Source of the DNA: Pirellulales bacterium
GTDB lineage: Bacteria > Planctomycetota > Planctomycetia > Pirellulales > PALSA-1355
Assembly: GCA_041750795.1 (NCBI GenBank)
Contig: JBGSYQ010000368.1
Coordinates: forward strand, 1-60,749
Direction: 5' to 3'
Length of the DNA stretch: 60,749 bases
Shown here: piece after piece, positions 47,228 to 57,099 of the stretch
Layout: the number at the start of each line of letters is the position of its first letter
How positions within the stretch are numbered: the first letter of the stretch is position 1
Translations under genes and position numbers: made by a program
The notes under the pieces: model-generated
Databases searched by the model: none
What the model was told of the DNA's origin: nothing
The model's input: only the letters and a program-made list of their open reading frames with translations

Positions 47228-49752
47228 GCGCCGTGAGGAGAGCCAAGGCCTCCGGGCATCCCGGACGGGACGCATTCAGCGAGACATGGAACGAGCCGAC
47301 CGGGTTTCCCGGCGGAATGGCAACCGTCGATAACTTCCAGATCGGCGTAAGGTTTCTGGTGACCAGCTTCTCGTTCTTCCTGGTTGCCGGCGCCTTTGCC
47401 CTTTTGATGCGTGTGCAGCTCGCCCGCGCCGACAACGACTTCCTGGGACCGGACGTCTACAACCGCCTGTTCACTATGCACGGTACGGTAATGATGTATC
47501 TGTTTGCCGTGCCGTTTCAGGAAGGGATGGCGGCGGTGCTTTTGCCGTGGATGCTCGGCGGTCGCGACCTTGCTTTTCCGCGCCTCACGGCGTTCAGCTA
47601 TTGGGTCTTCCTTTTCAGCGGGTTGATTTTTTTCTCCGGCTTCCTCTTCGACGCGGTCGCGGACGTCGGTTGGTTCGCCTACACGCCGCTGTCGGCACCA
47701 GCCTTCGCGGCAAACGGAATCGATTTTTGGGTGGTGGGGCTAGGAGCGGCGGAAGTGGCTGGAATTGCCGCCGGGTCGGAACTGGCCGTTTCGATTCTGC
47801 GATTGCGCGCGCCGGGAATGGCCCTGCACCGCATGCCATTATATGCTTGGGCGTGGCTGGCAACAGCCGTCATGATCGTGTTTGCGTTCACGACGCTGCT
47901 GATCGCGACGCTGCTGTTGGAGTTGGATCACGATCTTGGAACACGCTTCTTCGACGACCAGCGGGGCGGCAATCACCTGCTGTGGCAGCACCTGTTCTGG
48001 TTCTTCGGGCATCCCGAGGTGTACATCATCTTTCTGCCGGCCACCGGTGTTGTCTCGATGATTGTCGGCGCGTTCGCGGGGAGGATCGTCGGGTATACGT
48101 GGATTGTCGTCGCCATACTGCTGACCGGCTTTCTGAGCTTCGGCCTTTGGGTGCATCACATGTACACCACCGGGCTGCCGGAGCTGTCGTTATATTTCTT
48201 CGCCGGGGCGAGCCTGATGATCGCCATTGCCAGCGGAGTGCAAATTTTCGCGTGGATCGCCAGCCTGTGGAGACGCCGTCCGGTGCTGGCCGCTCCGCTA
48301 CTGTTCGTGCTGGGCTTCGTATTCATCTTCGTGCTGGGCGGCTTGACCGGGGTGATGGTCGCGGTGGTGCCGTTCGATCTGCAAGTCCACGACACCTATT
48401 TTCTGGTGGCTCATTTTCACTATGTGCTCATCGGCGGCGCCGTCTTTCCCATGATGGGCGGCGTGTACTATTGGCTGCCGAAGTTTTGCGGGCGAATGCC
48501 CAACGAACGACTGGGAAAGTGGAGTTTCTGGCTGACGTTCCTGGGCTTCAACGCGACGTTTTTCCCGATGCACGTCATGGGGTTGCTGGGTATGCCGCGC
48601 AGAGTCTATACCTACCCGGCAAGTTTAGGCATCGAAGGCTACAATCTGTTCGCCACGGTAGGGGCCTTTGTGCTGGCCGCTGGGTTCGCGGCGTTCGTCA
48701 TCAACGTGCTGTACGCACTGCGCTATGGCGCGGAAGCTTCGCAGAATCCGTGGGGCGGCGATTCACTCGAATGGGCGCTCCCCTCACCGCCCAACTTTGC
48801 GCTTTACCCGCGCTTGCCGACGATTTCAAGTCGGCATCCGCTCTGGCAACAAGAAACGGATTCATCGCTCGACCATCCGTGGCAGCACGTCGTCGAAGCG
48901 CTGGACCATCGGCCCGAAGAGTGGCGCGCCACGTTGCTTGTGGACATGATCAGCGGCGAGCCGCAGGCCATCGCTCGGCTTGCCCAGCCCTCGTATATGC
49001 CGCTGGTGGCGTCGGTGGGTATTGTGCTGGTGACGGTCGGCACCATCGCCAAGCTGTTCCTGCTCATTCCGGTGGGCGTGCTCATCAGCGTGGCCGCACT
49101 TTTCAAGTGGCACTGGCCCAGCCGAACGGAGTTGGAGTTGATGCGCACGAGCAGCTTGCCGAAGGAGACGGGGCTACCGATCTTCACGACTGGGAGCAAT
49201 TCGCTGGGATGGATGGGAATGCTGTTCGTGGTGGCCGTCTTGGGCTGGAGTGTCGGCACGCTCTTGTATTCGTATTTCTATCTTCGGCTCTATTCAGATG
49301 AGTGGCCCCAAGGCGGTCTGCCGCTGCCGGATCGGCTGCTGCCAGCAGCAATGTTCGCGGCAATTGGCCTGGCGGCGGCGGCCTTTGGTTGGGCCTGGTC
49401 GTCGTTTCGCGCAGCGCACAAGCTCCGCAGCATGGTCGGCCTGGCGGCCGGCATCGCGCTATTGGCGAGCTTTCTCGTCGTGCATGTTGTGCAACTCAGT
49501 CGTGAGGAATTCACGCCGCAAACCAACGCGTACGGATCGATCTTCTTCGTGCTAAGTTGGACGGTCGACCTGGTGGTCCTGATCGGATTGGGCATGGCCG
49601 CAATGACCATGGCGCGCGCGTGGTTGGAAGGGAAGCACTGGCAGCTTTTTCTGGCGCTGAGCGTGCAGATGACAGCCCACTACGGTTATTTTGCCGCCGG
49701 CGTCGCCGCCGTGGTCTACGGGACGCTTTACCTGTCACCCTACGGAATCTGA
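47224..49752 (+). CDS. ctaD: Cytochrome c oxidase subunit I fused to a subunit-III-like domain
   Basis: TMHG, GHPEVY, WVHHM, AHFHYV; ATGA overlap with coxB; extra C-terminal TMs with YFYLR. Confidence 0.93.
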   Translation: MSAVRRAKASGHPGRDAFSETWNEPTGFPGGMATVDNFQIGVRFLVTSFSFFLVAGAFALLMRVQLARADNDFLGPDVYNRLFTMHGTVMMYLFAVPFQEGMAAVLLPWMLGGRDLAFPRLTAFSYWVFLFSGLIFFSGFLFDAVADVGWFAYTPLSAPAFAANGIDFWVVGLGAAEVAGIAAGSELAVSILRLRAPGMALHRMPLYAWAWLATAVMIVFAFTTLLIATLLLELDHDLGTRFFDDQRGGNHLLWQHLFWFFGHPEVYIIFLPATGVVSMIVGAFAGRIVGYTWIVVAILLTGFLSFGLWVHHMYTTGLPELSLYFFAGASLMIAIASGVQIFAWIASLWRRRPVLAAPLLFVLGFVFIFVLGGLTGVMVAVVPFDLQVHDTYFLVAHFHYVLIGGAVFPMMGGVYYWLPKFCGRMPNERLGKWSFWLTFLGFNATFFPMHVMGLLGMPRRVYTYPASLGIEGYNLFATVGAFVLAAGFAAFVINVLYALRYGAEASQNPWGGDSLEWALPSPPNFALYPRLPTISSRHPLWQQETDSSLDHPWQHVVEALDHRPEEWRATLLVDMISGEPQAIARLAQPSYMPLVASVGIVLVTVGTIAKLFLLIPVGVLISVAALFKWHWPSRTELELMRTSSLPKETGLPIFTTGSNSLGWMGMLFVVAVLGWSVGTLLYSYFYLRLYSDEWPQGGLPLPDRLLPAAMFAAIGLAAAAFGWAWSSFRAAHKLRSMVGLAAGIALLASFLVVHVVQLSREEFTPQTNAYGSIFFVLSWTVDLVVLIGLGMAAMTMARAWLEGKHWQLFLALSVQMTAHYGYFAAGVAAVVYGTLYLSPYGI

Positions 49753-49771
49753 ACTCTCGGAGAGATTCCTC

Positions 49772-50167
49772 ATGACCAACGTTGCGCGAGACCAGCAAGT
49801 GGGCCGAACAGCGCTGTGGTTTGGCCTGTTGGGTGGGGCGATGGCATGGACTTTGCACCTGATGCTGGCCTATATCGTTGCAGAGTTTGGCTGCGTGGGT
49901 CGACTTGCCAACTACGACTATCTCGGCATCACGCTGGTCGCGTGGCTTGAGTTGGCGCTGACCGTGGCGACCACGTTGGGCGCGGGCACGGCAACTGCCG
50001 TGGCCTATCGCAGCCATCGACGGCTGCGATCGCCAGAAGTCGTGGAAAACGTCGAATTGGCAGCCGAGCGCAGCACCGCCTGGGCCGGCCTGCTCACGAG
50101 CGGCACGTTCACATTTGTCATCGTTTTCGAGAGCATTCCGATTCTGTACTACCTGCGAACTTGTTAA
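49772..50167 (+). CDS. Oxidase-associated membrane protein
   Basis: LWFGLLGGAMAWTLHL, three TM segments, inside the operon. Confidence 0.7.
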   Translation: MTNVARDQQVGRTALWFGLLGGAMAWTLHLMLAYIVAEFGCVGRLANYDYLGITLVAWLELALTVATTLGAGTATAVAYRSHRRLRSPEVVENVELAAERSTAWAGLLTSGTFTFVIVFESIPILYYLRTC

Positions 50168-50300
50168 CGCATCGTTTCGAAACGGCCCCGGCGATGGCAA
50201 CCGTCCGATTCTCACGCTATGAACTTGCGGCTGTTGCCCGCTGTGAAGAGTCGTGACAGCTTCCGTTGGCCTCGAGGCAACCACTCAAGCGGAGGAGCCT

Positions 50301-51242
50301 ATGGTGTGCCGACTTGTCGCCTTCGCTTGGGCGTTTCTCCTGGTCTGCCCGTCGATCGGTTGGGCACACAGTCGGCGAGCGGATCCGGATGCGTGGTGGC
50401 GCGCTTGGAACTGGGATCCGTTGATCGTCCTAAGCCTCGTACTGCTGCTGTTGGTATATTGTCGCGGGCTTGGGCGGTTGTGGACGCGGGTGAGCGTAGG
50501 ATGGAAGGTCAGCCCATTGCAAGCGGCGTGCTATTTCTGCGCATTGGCAATTCTATTCGTGGCACTGCTCTCGCCGTTGGACGCGCTAAGTGAAGAGCTC
50601 TCATCGCTGCACATGGTTCAGCACATGCTCTTGATGACGATCGCTGCTCCGCTGTTCGTGGTCGGATCGCCATCGCTTGTACTGGCGTGGGGACTGCCCG
50701 AAGTGTGGCAGGGGAGTGTTGGTCCGTTGGCGCGTTTCGCATTCCGACTGCCGAGCGCGTCGCTGCTTTGGCGGCCGTTGCTCACGTGGATGCTCTTCGC
50801 GGCGACGTTGTGGGTATGGCACCATCCCGCGTTGTATCAGGCCGCCCTGCGCGATCCGCTGATGCACGACGTCCAGCACCTCAGCTTCTTCGTCGCGGCC
50901 TGTCTCTTCTGGCGCATGGGGCTCGACCCGCTCAGCGCGCGGCGCCTGCGCCCTGTTGTCGCGATACCCTATTTCTTTTCGACGTCGTTGCACGCGACGG
51001 CCCTGGGGGTGTTTCTGGCCCTGTCGCCGCGGGTCTGGTACGACGACTATGTGACACGAACGCAGGCGTGGGGACTAATGCCGCTCCAAGACCAGCAACT
51101 GGCCGGCCTCATCATGTGGATGCCGGCGTGTCTGATCTACCCGATCGTGGCTGCGATCCTCTTAGGCGGTTGGCTGGCGAGTCAGGGGGAAACGACGACG
51201 CGCGGCAATCGTCCGATGCGCCTTACGGCAACGGAAGGATGA
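50301..51242 (+). CDS. ctaG: caa3-type oxidase assembly factor CtaG
   Basis: HMVQHMLL, WHHP, DQQLAGLIMW. Confidence 0.9.
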   Translation: MVCRLVAFAWAFLLVCPSIGWAHSRRADPDAWWRAWNWDPLIVLSLVLLLLVYCRGLGRLWTRVSVGWKVSPLQAACYFCALAILFVALLSPLDALSEELSSLHMVQHMLLMTIAAPLFVVGSPSLVLAWGLPEVWQGSVGPLARFAFRLPSASLLWRPLLTWMLFAATLWVWHHPALYQAALRDPLMHDVQHLSFFVAACLFWRMGLDPLSARRLRPVVAIPYFFSTSLHATALGVFLALSPRVWYDDYVTRTQAWGLMPLQDQQLAGLIMWMPACLIYPIVAAILLGGWLASQGETTTRGNRPMRLTATEG

Positions 51243-51248
51243 CGAATC

Positions 51249-51659
51249 ATGGCCTCACTGTTGATACAGTATTCGAAACTGCTCGGACTCTTGGCGCTCT
51301 TCACCATGGTTGCGGGTTTCAACATTGCCGTGTGGGGACTTCATCGCCACCCTACGGCGCCAGCCATGTACGTTCCCGGAGCGAATGCCCAACGCGGCCG
51401 AGCGCTCGTTCGAGAGCAGGGCTGTGGCGCCTGCCACGTCGTTCCAGGAGTGAGCGGCGCCGTCGGCGACGTGGGGCCGCGATTGGATCGAATGAAGCAC
51501 CACGTCTATGTGGCAGGCGTCCTGCCCAACAACCCGAAGAATCTGGCGTACTGGATCACCAATCCGAAGGAAGTCAATCCGCGGACGGCAATGCCCGACC
51601 TGGACATCGACGAACATGATGCGCGCGACATGGCCGCATATTTGTATAGTCTGCGGTGA
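51249..51659 (+). CDS. Membrane-anchored cytochrome c
   Basis: CGACH, VGP, TAMP. Confidence 0.9.
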   Translation: MASLLIQYSKLLGLLALFTMVAGFNIAVWGLHRHPTAPAMYVPGANAQRGRALVREQGCGACHVVPGVSGAVGDVGPRLDRMKHHVYVAGVLPNNPKNLAYWITNPKEVNPRTAMPDLDIDEHDARDMAAYLYSLR

Positions 51660-51725
51660 GGGTACTGCCGGTTAGCGTTGCGGCAGCGACGGCCGCCTGG
51701 GAATCTGACGAACGGAGAGCCAATC

Positions 51726-52517
51726 ATGTGGCCAAAACTAATCCTGATTGCCATCCTCGTGTCATTCATCGGCCTGGTGGCTCAGCGCGTGTGGTATTAC
51801 TCCGCCGCGGTGCCAGAAAGGTACGAGCACACGGCCGCTCACGCGGAGTCGCTTGTTTCGCTTGGAGACGACCGATATCACGTTGATGCGATTTTCACGA
51901 GCGACGGTTGGTTGCGGCTCTACACGCTGGGTAACGATGGAAGGCGGTTGCAGGAAGTCGAGGGACGAACCTTGGCGGCGTATCTCACGCTTGCAGGCGA
52001 CTCTGCAGCGCACCTCGTCGAACTGCGTCCAGATCCGCAGACGGGCGATCGTCCCGGACGAACGTCTTGCTTTACCGGACTGCTGCCCGCGGGACTTGCA
52101 GGACGTTCCCTCCAGGTGAGCATCCCCAACCTTTGCATCGAAAGCCAGCGATTTCATCTAACCTTTGTCCGGCATGCCGCAGGGCACGCGGGAATGCCCG
52201 CGGGGGCCGCCGCGGACGAGGAAACATCGCTCTATCTGGTGCCGGGCGGCAAGTACACGGCGGTCGACATCGAGGTGAACGGTCGGACCGTCCCTTCGGA
52301 GAAGTACCGGGGCTTCCAGGCCCGGCACGATTACGATCCCCGGTCGGGCGACCAGCTATGCCCCGTGTCGCGCACCAAGAGCAACCCTGCGTGCAGTTGG
52401 GTGATCGGCGGCGAAGTGTATCAGTTCTGTTGTCCGCCGTGTATCGACGAGTTCGTCCGGCTGGCCAAAACACAGCCCGAGGATGCGATGCCGCCGGAGG
52501 CCTATGTGCAACCCTGA
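51726..52517 (+). CDS. Exported protein with C-terminal YHS/TRASH-like domain
   Basis: CPVS...YQFCCPPCIDEF. Confidence 0.7.
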   Translation: MWPKLILIAILVSFIGLVAQRVWYYSAAVPERYEHTAAHAESLVSLGDDRYHVDAIFTSDGWLRLYTLGNDGRRLQEVEGRTLAAYLTLAGDSAAHLVELRPDPQTGDRPGRTSCFTGLLPAGLAGRSLQVSIPNLCIESQRFHLTFVRHAAGHAGMPAGAAADEETSLYLVPGGKYTAVDIEVNGRTVPSEKYRGFQARHDYDPRSGDQLCPVSRTKSNPACSWVIGGEVYQFCCPPCIDEFVRLAKTQPEDAMPPEAYVQP

Positions 52518-52559
52518 TCGTTCCTGATCGGCGGCCCTTCTGTCGTGGAAGTGGTAGTC

Positions 52560-53090
52560 ATGAGCTCCTGGATTGATAGCGATCGGGGAGGAATCCATGT
52601 CCCGCATCAGTCAGCCATGGAAACGGTCATCCGCTGAACGTTGATCTTTCCTTTTCCTGCTGCTGCACTTCGGGCTGAGGCGCAAGTGGGGGGGTCGGAA
52701 TGAGCGACTTGCTTGTCGTGGTGTTGATTGCGGAGGCTGCCACGGAAGCGTTGGCCAGCAACGCGCGTTCGCTACCCGACGGCATTCTGTTGGCAAGCAC
52801 GATAGTCTTTTGGGCCTACGCTTTGGACTGGCTGGGCTTTCGATTCGCGCTTGACGGACGGCTCCTGCGGCCGCCGGCGCTGCCGCTCGTTCGCGACGGC
52901 CAGTTGCTGCACCGCAACATGCGACGCGAACTGGTTACCGAGGATGAGCGGAAGATTCAGCTTCGCCAGCACAGCGTGCATGACGTGACTGAGGTGCGCG
53001 AGGCGTACATTGAGGGCGACGACCAAATCAGCGTCGTCACGAATCGAGTTGACGCAACCAAGAAGAACAAACGGCCAACGCCGAATGTGA
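52560..53090 (+). pseudogene. DUF421/YetF family gene, disrupted
   Basis: METVIR-stop-TLI and frameshifts before SDLLVVVLIAEA...LVRDGQ...EAYIEGDDQISV. Confidence 0.75.
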
Positions 53091-53221
53091 AGCGCCCTCG
53101 ATGCCGCCGTCCACCATCCACAAGTTGTCGCTGCCAGACGGACGATCCCCAACGGCATCGACGAGGGGCGATTGACTGGTGCTGCTCGAAGAATGAGTAT
53201 GCTGTCGCGTTCGTATGACAG

Positions 53222-53653
53222 TCACGACTGCGCGTCGACCCGACACAAGGCGCGATGCTCGTCGGCGATCAGCGACAGTTCGCCTTCAACTTTCCTGCGC
53301 ATCGTGTCCACCTCCTCGCCGGTTTTACCGGGTGGTACGGTTTGCACTCGACCGATTTGCTTCTTGCAGTGCGAACAATAGACCTGGGCGACTGCATCAT
53401 CATCCGTTTCAAGGTAAACGTCATTCGGGAGTTTCACGGCGTGCTCTTCAACGGTGTCGTCGCTTGTCGTACGATCGAGATCACCGCTCGTCGCGATGCC
53501 CTTGCCCGTTGCGTACCCATGTCCCCACTCTTGGGCCTTCGTGGTTTTTTCGGGCAGCTTGTCCAGCATTTCCTGTTCGATGTCGTCCTTTTCCCGATCA
53601 GAAATCGCGTCCGGAGCGGCGGGCACTTTCGGTTTGTGTTGTCGGTCGGCCAT
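53222..53653 (-). CDS. Acidic hypothetical protein with CxxC and HxxxC
   Basis: AAGGAG RBS before MADRQH; CSHC...HRALC. Confidence 0.65.
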   Translation of the reverse strand: MADRQHKPKVPAAPDAISDREKDDIEQEMLDKLPEKTTKAQEWGHGYATGKGIATSGDLDRTTSDDTVEEHAVKLPNDVYLETDDDAVAQVYCSHCKKQIGRVQTVPPGKTGEEVDTMRRKVEGELSLIADEHRALCRVDAQS

Positions 53654-53721
53654 GATATTGGTCTCCTTAGCAATGCCAATAGTGCTACGGCGAAAGGCGC
53701 CACCTGGCTCATGGCGGTCTA

Positions 53722-53872
53722 GTTGTCCGTTGAAAAACGCCTCGTGGCATTTTTCAACCTCGCCCCAGTGCGGAGCAGCTCCGCACGGAAGCGCAAAAAT
53801 AACGACTGGCGTCGCTATTCTCTCATCGCATCCGTGCGATGGCAGAGCCTGTTGCATGTTTCAACCGGCTGT
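53722..53872. mobile_element. 151-bp MITE/REP-like element, copy 2
   Basis: Shares TCGTGGCATTTTTCAACCTCGCC, AAATAACGAC, GCGTCGCTATT and TCCGTGCGATG with 33521-33671. Confidence 0.75.
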
Positions 53873-53913
53873 CAGTCCGCCCGGGGGACTGGAGAACTGT
53901 TCATGTACTGCGA

Positions 53914-54384
53914 TTAACTTGCCAGGTGCTTCAGCATCTCGCGACAGGCCTTTTCGCACTTGCGGCACTCCTCGGCGCACTGCTTCATGTGTTGATCACC
54001 CGGAAACTTTTCGCACTGCACGGCACAATCGGCGCAGGCCTTCGCGCATGGTTCGCAGATAAGTGCTGAAAACGGACCGCCCCGAGCTACGATCTGCGCG
54101 GCGGCCGAGCAAACGGTCGCGCAATCCTGACACGACATCAGTGTGGCTAAGTGCTCCTTGTTTCCGGCAGCCAACTCTTTTGCGCAGTGCGTCGCGCACT
54201 CATCGCACGCCAATTGGCAGTTGGCGCAAGCCTGGGCGCATTTCAACAACGCCGCATGGTGCTTACCGTGATCTTGTGCAACTGCCTGTGCTGTTGCCTC
54301 GCTTGCCATGGCTGTCCAGAGGCCGAGAGCAAGTACTGTCCAACCGAAAGTTACTCGAGTACGACATTTCATATTGCACCTCAT
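53914..54384 (-). CDS. Four-helix-bundle copper storage protein (Csp/DUF326-like), exported
   Basis: Signal peptide then CxxxCxxC repeats. Confidence 0.85.
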   Translation of the reverse strand: MRCNMKCRTRVTFGWTVLALGLWTAMASEATAQAVAQDHGKHHAALLKCAQACANCQLACDECATHCAKELAAGNKEHLATLMSCQDCATVCSAAAQIVARGGPFSALICEPCAKACADCAVQCEKFPGDQHMKQCAEECRKCEKACREMLKHLAS

Positions 54385-54520
54385 TCTGAAGTTAATACTT
54401 CCGTGTCACCCCACGGCAGAGCAGCGCTGTTGAGCGTGGCTCTTGCGTCATTCAATCAAGGTTGCGCGGGGCCACGACAACGCTTCGCACCTGTTGTTGG
54501 AGCATGGCATGCGCAACTAC

Positions 54521-54613
54521 CTAATTTCGCTGCAACCACGAAAACACCGCGACTGCACCGAGAATCAACACACTCAAGAAGTAGGCCAGACGCGCTGCCC
54601 AGATGTGACTCAT
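54521..54613 (-). CDS. 30-aa single-TM microprotein
   Basis: MSHIWAARLAYFLSVLILGAVAVFSWLQRN, 16 nt after the reductase stop, AAGGGA RBS. Confidence 0.5.
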   Translation of the reverse strand: MSHIWAARLAYFLSVLILGAVAVFSWLQRN

Positions 54614-54629
54614 GGCGACGATCGTCCCT

Positions 54630-55949
54630 TCACACCAGATCAAACCGTTCCGAGACCAGGCGCCACAGCGGCACACCCTGATCCAGCAGGGCTCGTTCCA
54701 CGGCGTCCATCATTGGTGGCGGTCCGCAAACAAAGTATTGCCAATCCTGCTTCTGGCAACTGCTCAGGTGGCGGTCCAACAACCCTGGGGTCACCAGGCC
54801 GGTTTCTCCCTGCCAGCCATGCGGTGGTGATTCCAGTACGTGTACGACATTTAGGTTCATTCCTTGCGCTAGCTGGTCAAGCACGTCGCGAAACGCGACG
54901 TCCTCAAGGCGATCGTTGGCGTAGATTAATAGCATCGGCCGTCGATCGTTCCTGTCGCGGCAGCTTCTCAAAATGCTCAGAGCGGGCGTGACTCCGATGC
55001 CGCCCACCACAAACGCGGCCCCCGCAGCGGCCGGATCGAGCGTGAATCGGCCATAGGGGCCTTCGAGAAAAGCACGTTCCCCAGGACGCAGATCTTTGAT
55101 CGTGGCCGTGAAATCACCCGTTTCCTTGATGCCAAATTCCAGCCGCGAGCTTGCGCGATCGCTCGATGCAAACGAGAACGGATGCTGCTGCAACGCAAAG
55201 GGAGTGTTTCCAATCGTTAGCCACGCATACTGTCCGGCTCGAAACGCCATTCCCTCATGACCATCGGGTTCAAGGACAACGTGGTAGACATCGTGACTGT
55301 CGGAACGGATGTCGACGATCTGCCATGGACGTTTTCGCACAAACCAGGGTTTGAACAGACGCGTCTGCAACAGCAACAGCACGGCAATTCCCCCACCCGC
55401 AACCCAGAGGGTCTGTTTCTCGACACCGCTCACATAGTGTCCGACCTGCAACCCATGCGCCAATCCAACCAGAATTACGACCAGAGCCAAGCCACCGTGC
55501 GTGATACGCCACCATTCGTAGCTCAACCCAAGGCTGATTCGCCACAGCGGCAACACCACGAGCAGCAACAGTGCAACGGTGGCGGTGCTGAGGAACAGGG
55601 CGCGGGGCAGGTTCGATCGCGGATCGAGATACTCGAGGTATTTCGAGTTACAGGTAAAGAGCACAAGCGGATGTGCCAACACGAAAGCCACAGCCAGAAT
55701 CCCAGTCGCGCGATGGAACTGGATTTGAGCGTCGGTGCCAAAGTAGGGCGCCACCCATTGAAATCGACTGGTGCTCACAAACTGCATAACGAGCATGGAA
55801 AAGCCCACGATGCCCAGACCTGCGCCCAGTTCGAGGAAGAATCCTCGCCCCTGTGGAACCTGGCCGAGCAGCGCGATTACCAGCGGCAGCGTGGCGATGG
55901 CGAGATAGGCAATACTCCAAAAGCCGATCCGCAAGAATACTTGAACCAT
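54630..55949 (-). CDS. Ferric-reductase-like TM / FAD-NAD(P)H oxidoreductase
   Basis: TM His pairs, HPFS, EGPYG, GGIGVTP, CGPPPM, ERF. Confidence 0.9.
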   Translation of the reverse strand: MVQVFLRIGFWSIAYLAIATLPLVIALLGQVPQGRGFFLELGAGLGIVGFSMLVMQFVSTSRFQWVAPYFGTDAQIQFHRATGILAVAFVLAHPLVLFTCNSKYLEYLDPRSNLPRALFLSTATVALLLLVVLPLWRISLGLSYEWWRITHGGLALVVILVGLAHGLQVGHYVSGVEKQTLWVAGGGIAVLLLLQTRLFKPWFVRKRPWQIVDIRSDSHDVYHVVLEPDGHEGMAFRAGQYAWLTIGNTPFALQQHPFSFASSDRASSRLEFGIKETGDFTATIKDLRPGERAFLEGPYGRFTLDPAAAGAAFVVGGIGVTPALSILRSCRDRNDRRPMLLIYANDRLEDVAFRDVLDQLAQGMNLNVVHVLESPPHGWQGETGLVTPGLLDRHLSSCQKQDWQYFVCGPPPMMDAVERALLDQGVPLWRLVSERFDLV

Positions 55950-56079
55950 AGTGCTTGCCTACGGCGACGGCCGGCCGGCGATTCGCAATCCTCGTTTGCG
56001 CAATGGCGAATTCGCACGGATCAAAGTTCTCGAACGGGACCGCCTGCGCCCCGATCGATCGGTTCTCGTATCCAAACTG

Positions 56080-56610
56080 TCAATCCTCGGATGTAGCAGG
56101 GCGACCATCGATCTCGGGGGCATCGGTACTGGTCTTGGCGTGCAGATGCACTTGCTTGGCGGAAGTGTCGTTGAGGAGCTCGTGGGCATGGACGACTCTG
56201 TCGGGCGGTCCTTGCACCACGATGATCACTTCTCCTTTGCGCACCAGTTGCTGGTATTCTTCGATGTTGTCCGGCGTGACGCCCCAGCCGGCCATCGCTC
56301 CCATGAGTCCCCCCACGACGCCACCTGCGGCGATCGGACCTGCCATGAGCAACGGCCCAATACCGGGCACCATCAGCAAGGGGCTACCCAGCAAACCACC
56401 CACCAGCGCTCCGACTCCGGCCCCTTTGGCTGCGCGATCGGCCGACATGTCGCCGTATTCGAGCACCTCGGCATCGTCGGTTTGCTTTTCGACATTTGAA
56501 GTCACGAAGGAGACCTCGTCCTGCGAGAAGCCAGCTTGATCCAGCACTTCCAATGCAGCTCGCGCATCCGAGAGACTTTCATAGACGCCAACGACAGATT
56601 GCCTGAACAT
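56080..56610 (-). CDS. General stress protein (YflT/DUF1269-like, glycine zipper)
   Basis: VVGVY...A.AA...L.QAGF; GAGVGALVGGLLG...PGIGPLLMAGP. Confidence 0.75.
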   Translation of the reverse strand: MFRQSVVGVYESLSDARAALEVLDQAGFSQDEVSFVTSNVEKQTDDAEVLEYGDMSADRAAKGAGVGALVGGLLGSPLLMVPGIGPLLMAGPIAAGGVVGGLMGAMAGWGVTPDNIEEYQQLVRKGEVIIVVQGPPDRVVHAHELLNDTSAKQVHLHAKTSTDAPEIDGRPATSED

Positions 56611-57099
56611 GGAAATGTCTCCTATGCGGTGCTAGATGTTGAACGAAACAGTGCAAATCGGATTCCTTTCGTGGCAAATCGCCGCAGGGCGACCGAACTG
56701 GCCGCAGCTGGTGTGGCGAGACCGCGGGACTACCTGATTGGACGCATCGAAGGCATCATGGCCTGCTCCTCACCAAATCGTCTCCCTGACTATGTTAATT
56801 TTCTGTGGCACGATGGATTGCTGTCGACACAGTGACCTTTGTCGGGCCCATGGTATCCCGCCTAGGTAGGAGCTTCAGCTATCTGGGTGATCGATCAGCG
56901 ATCAGATTGAGCTTGGGTTGATCATCCCGGCGTACAACGTCCAGACTCTGCGGCCGTCGAACACGTCGCCAAAGGACCAGCCGAGAATGCGAAGCAACTT
57001 GTGGGTGCGGTCGATCGGTGTGCGAGTGCTGGCCAGGTTCACGCCTGCGCTACCTTCAGCATCCGGTCAATTCGGCTCATCTCGACGGTGATCGAGCGG

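Noticed and set aside
53654..53857. N-terminal extension of the 53222 ORF
   Set aside because: It reads through the MITE; the RBS supports a start at 53653
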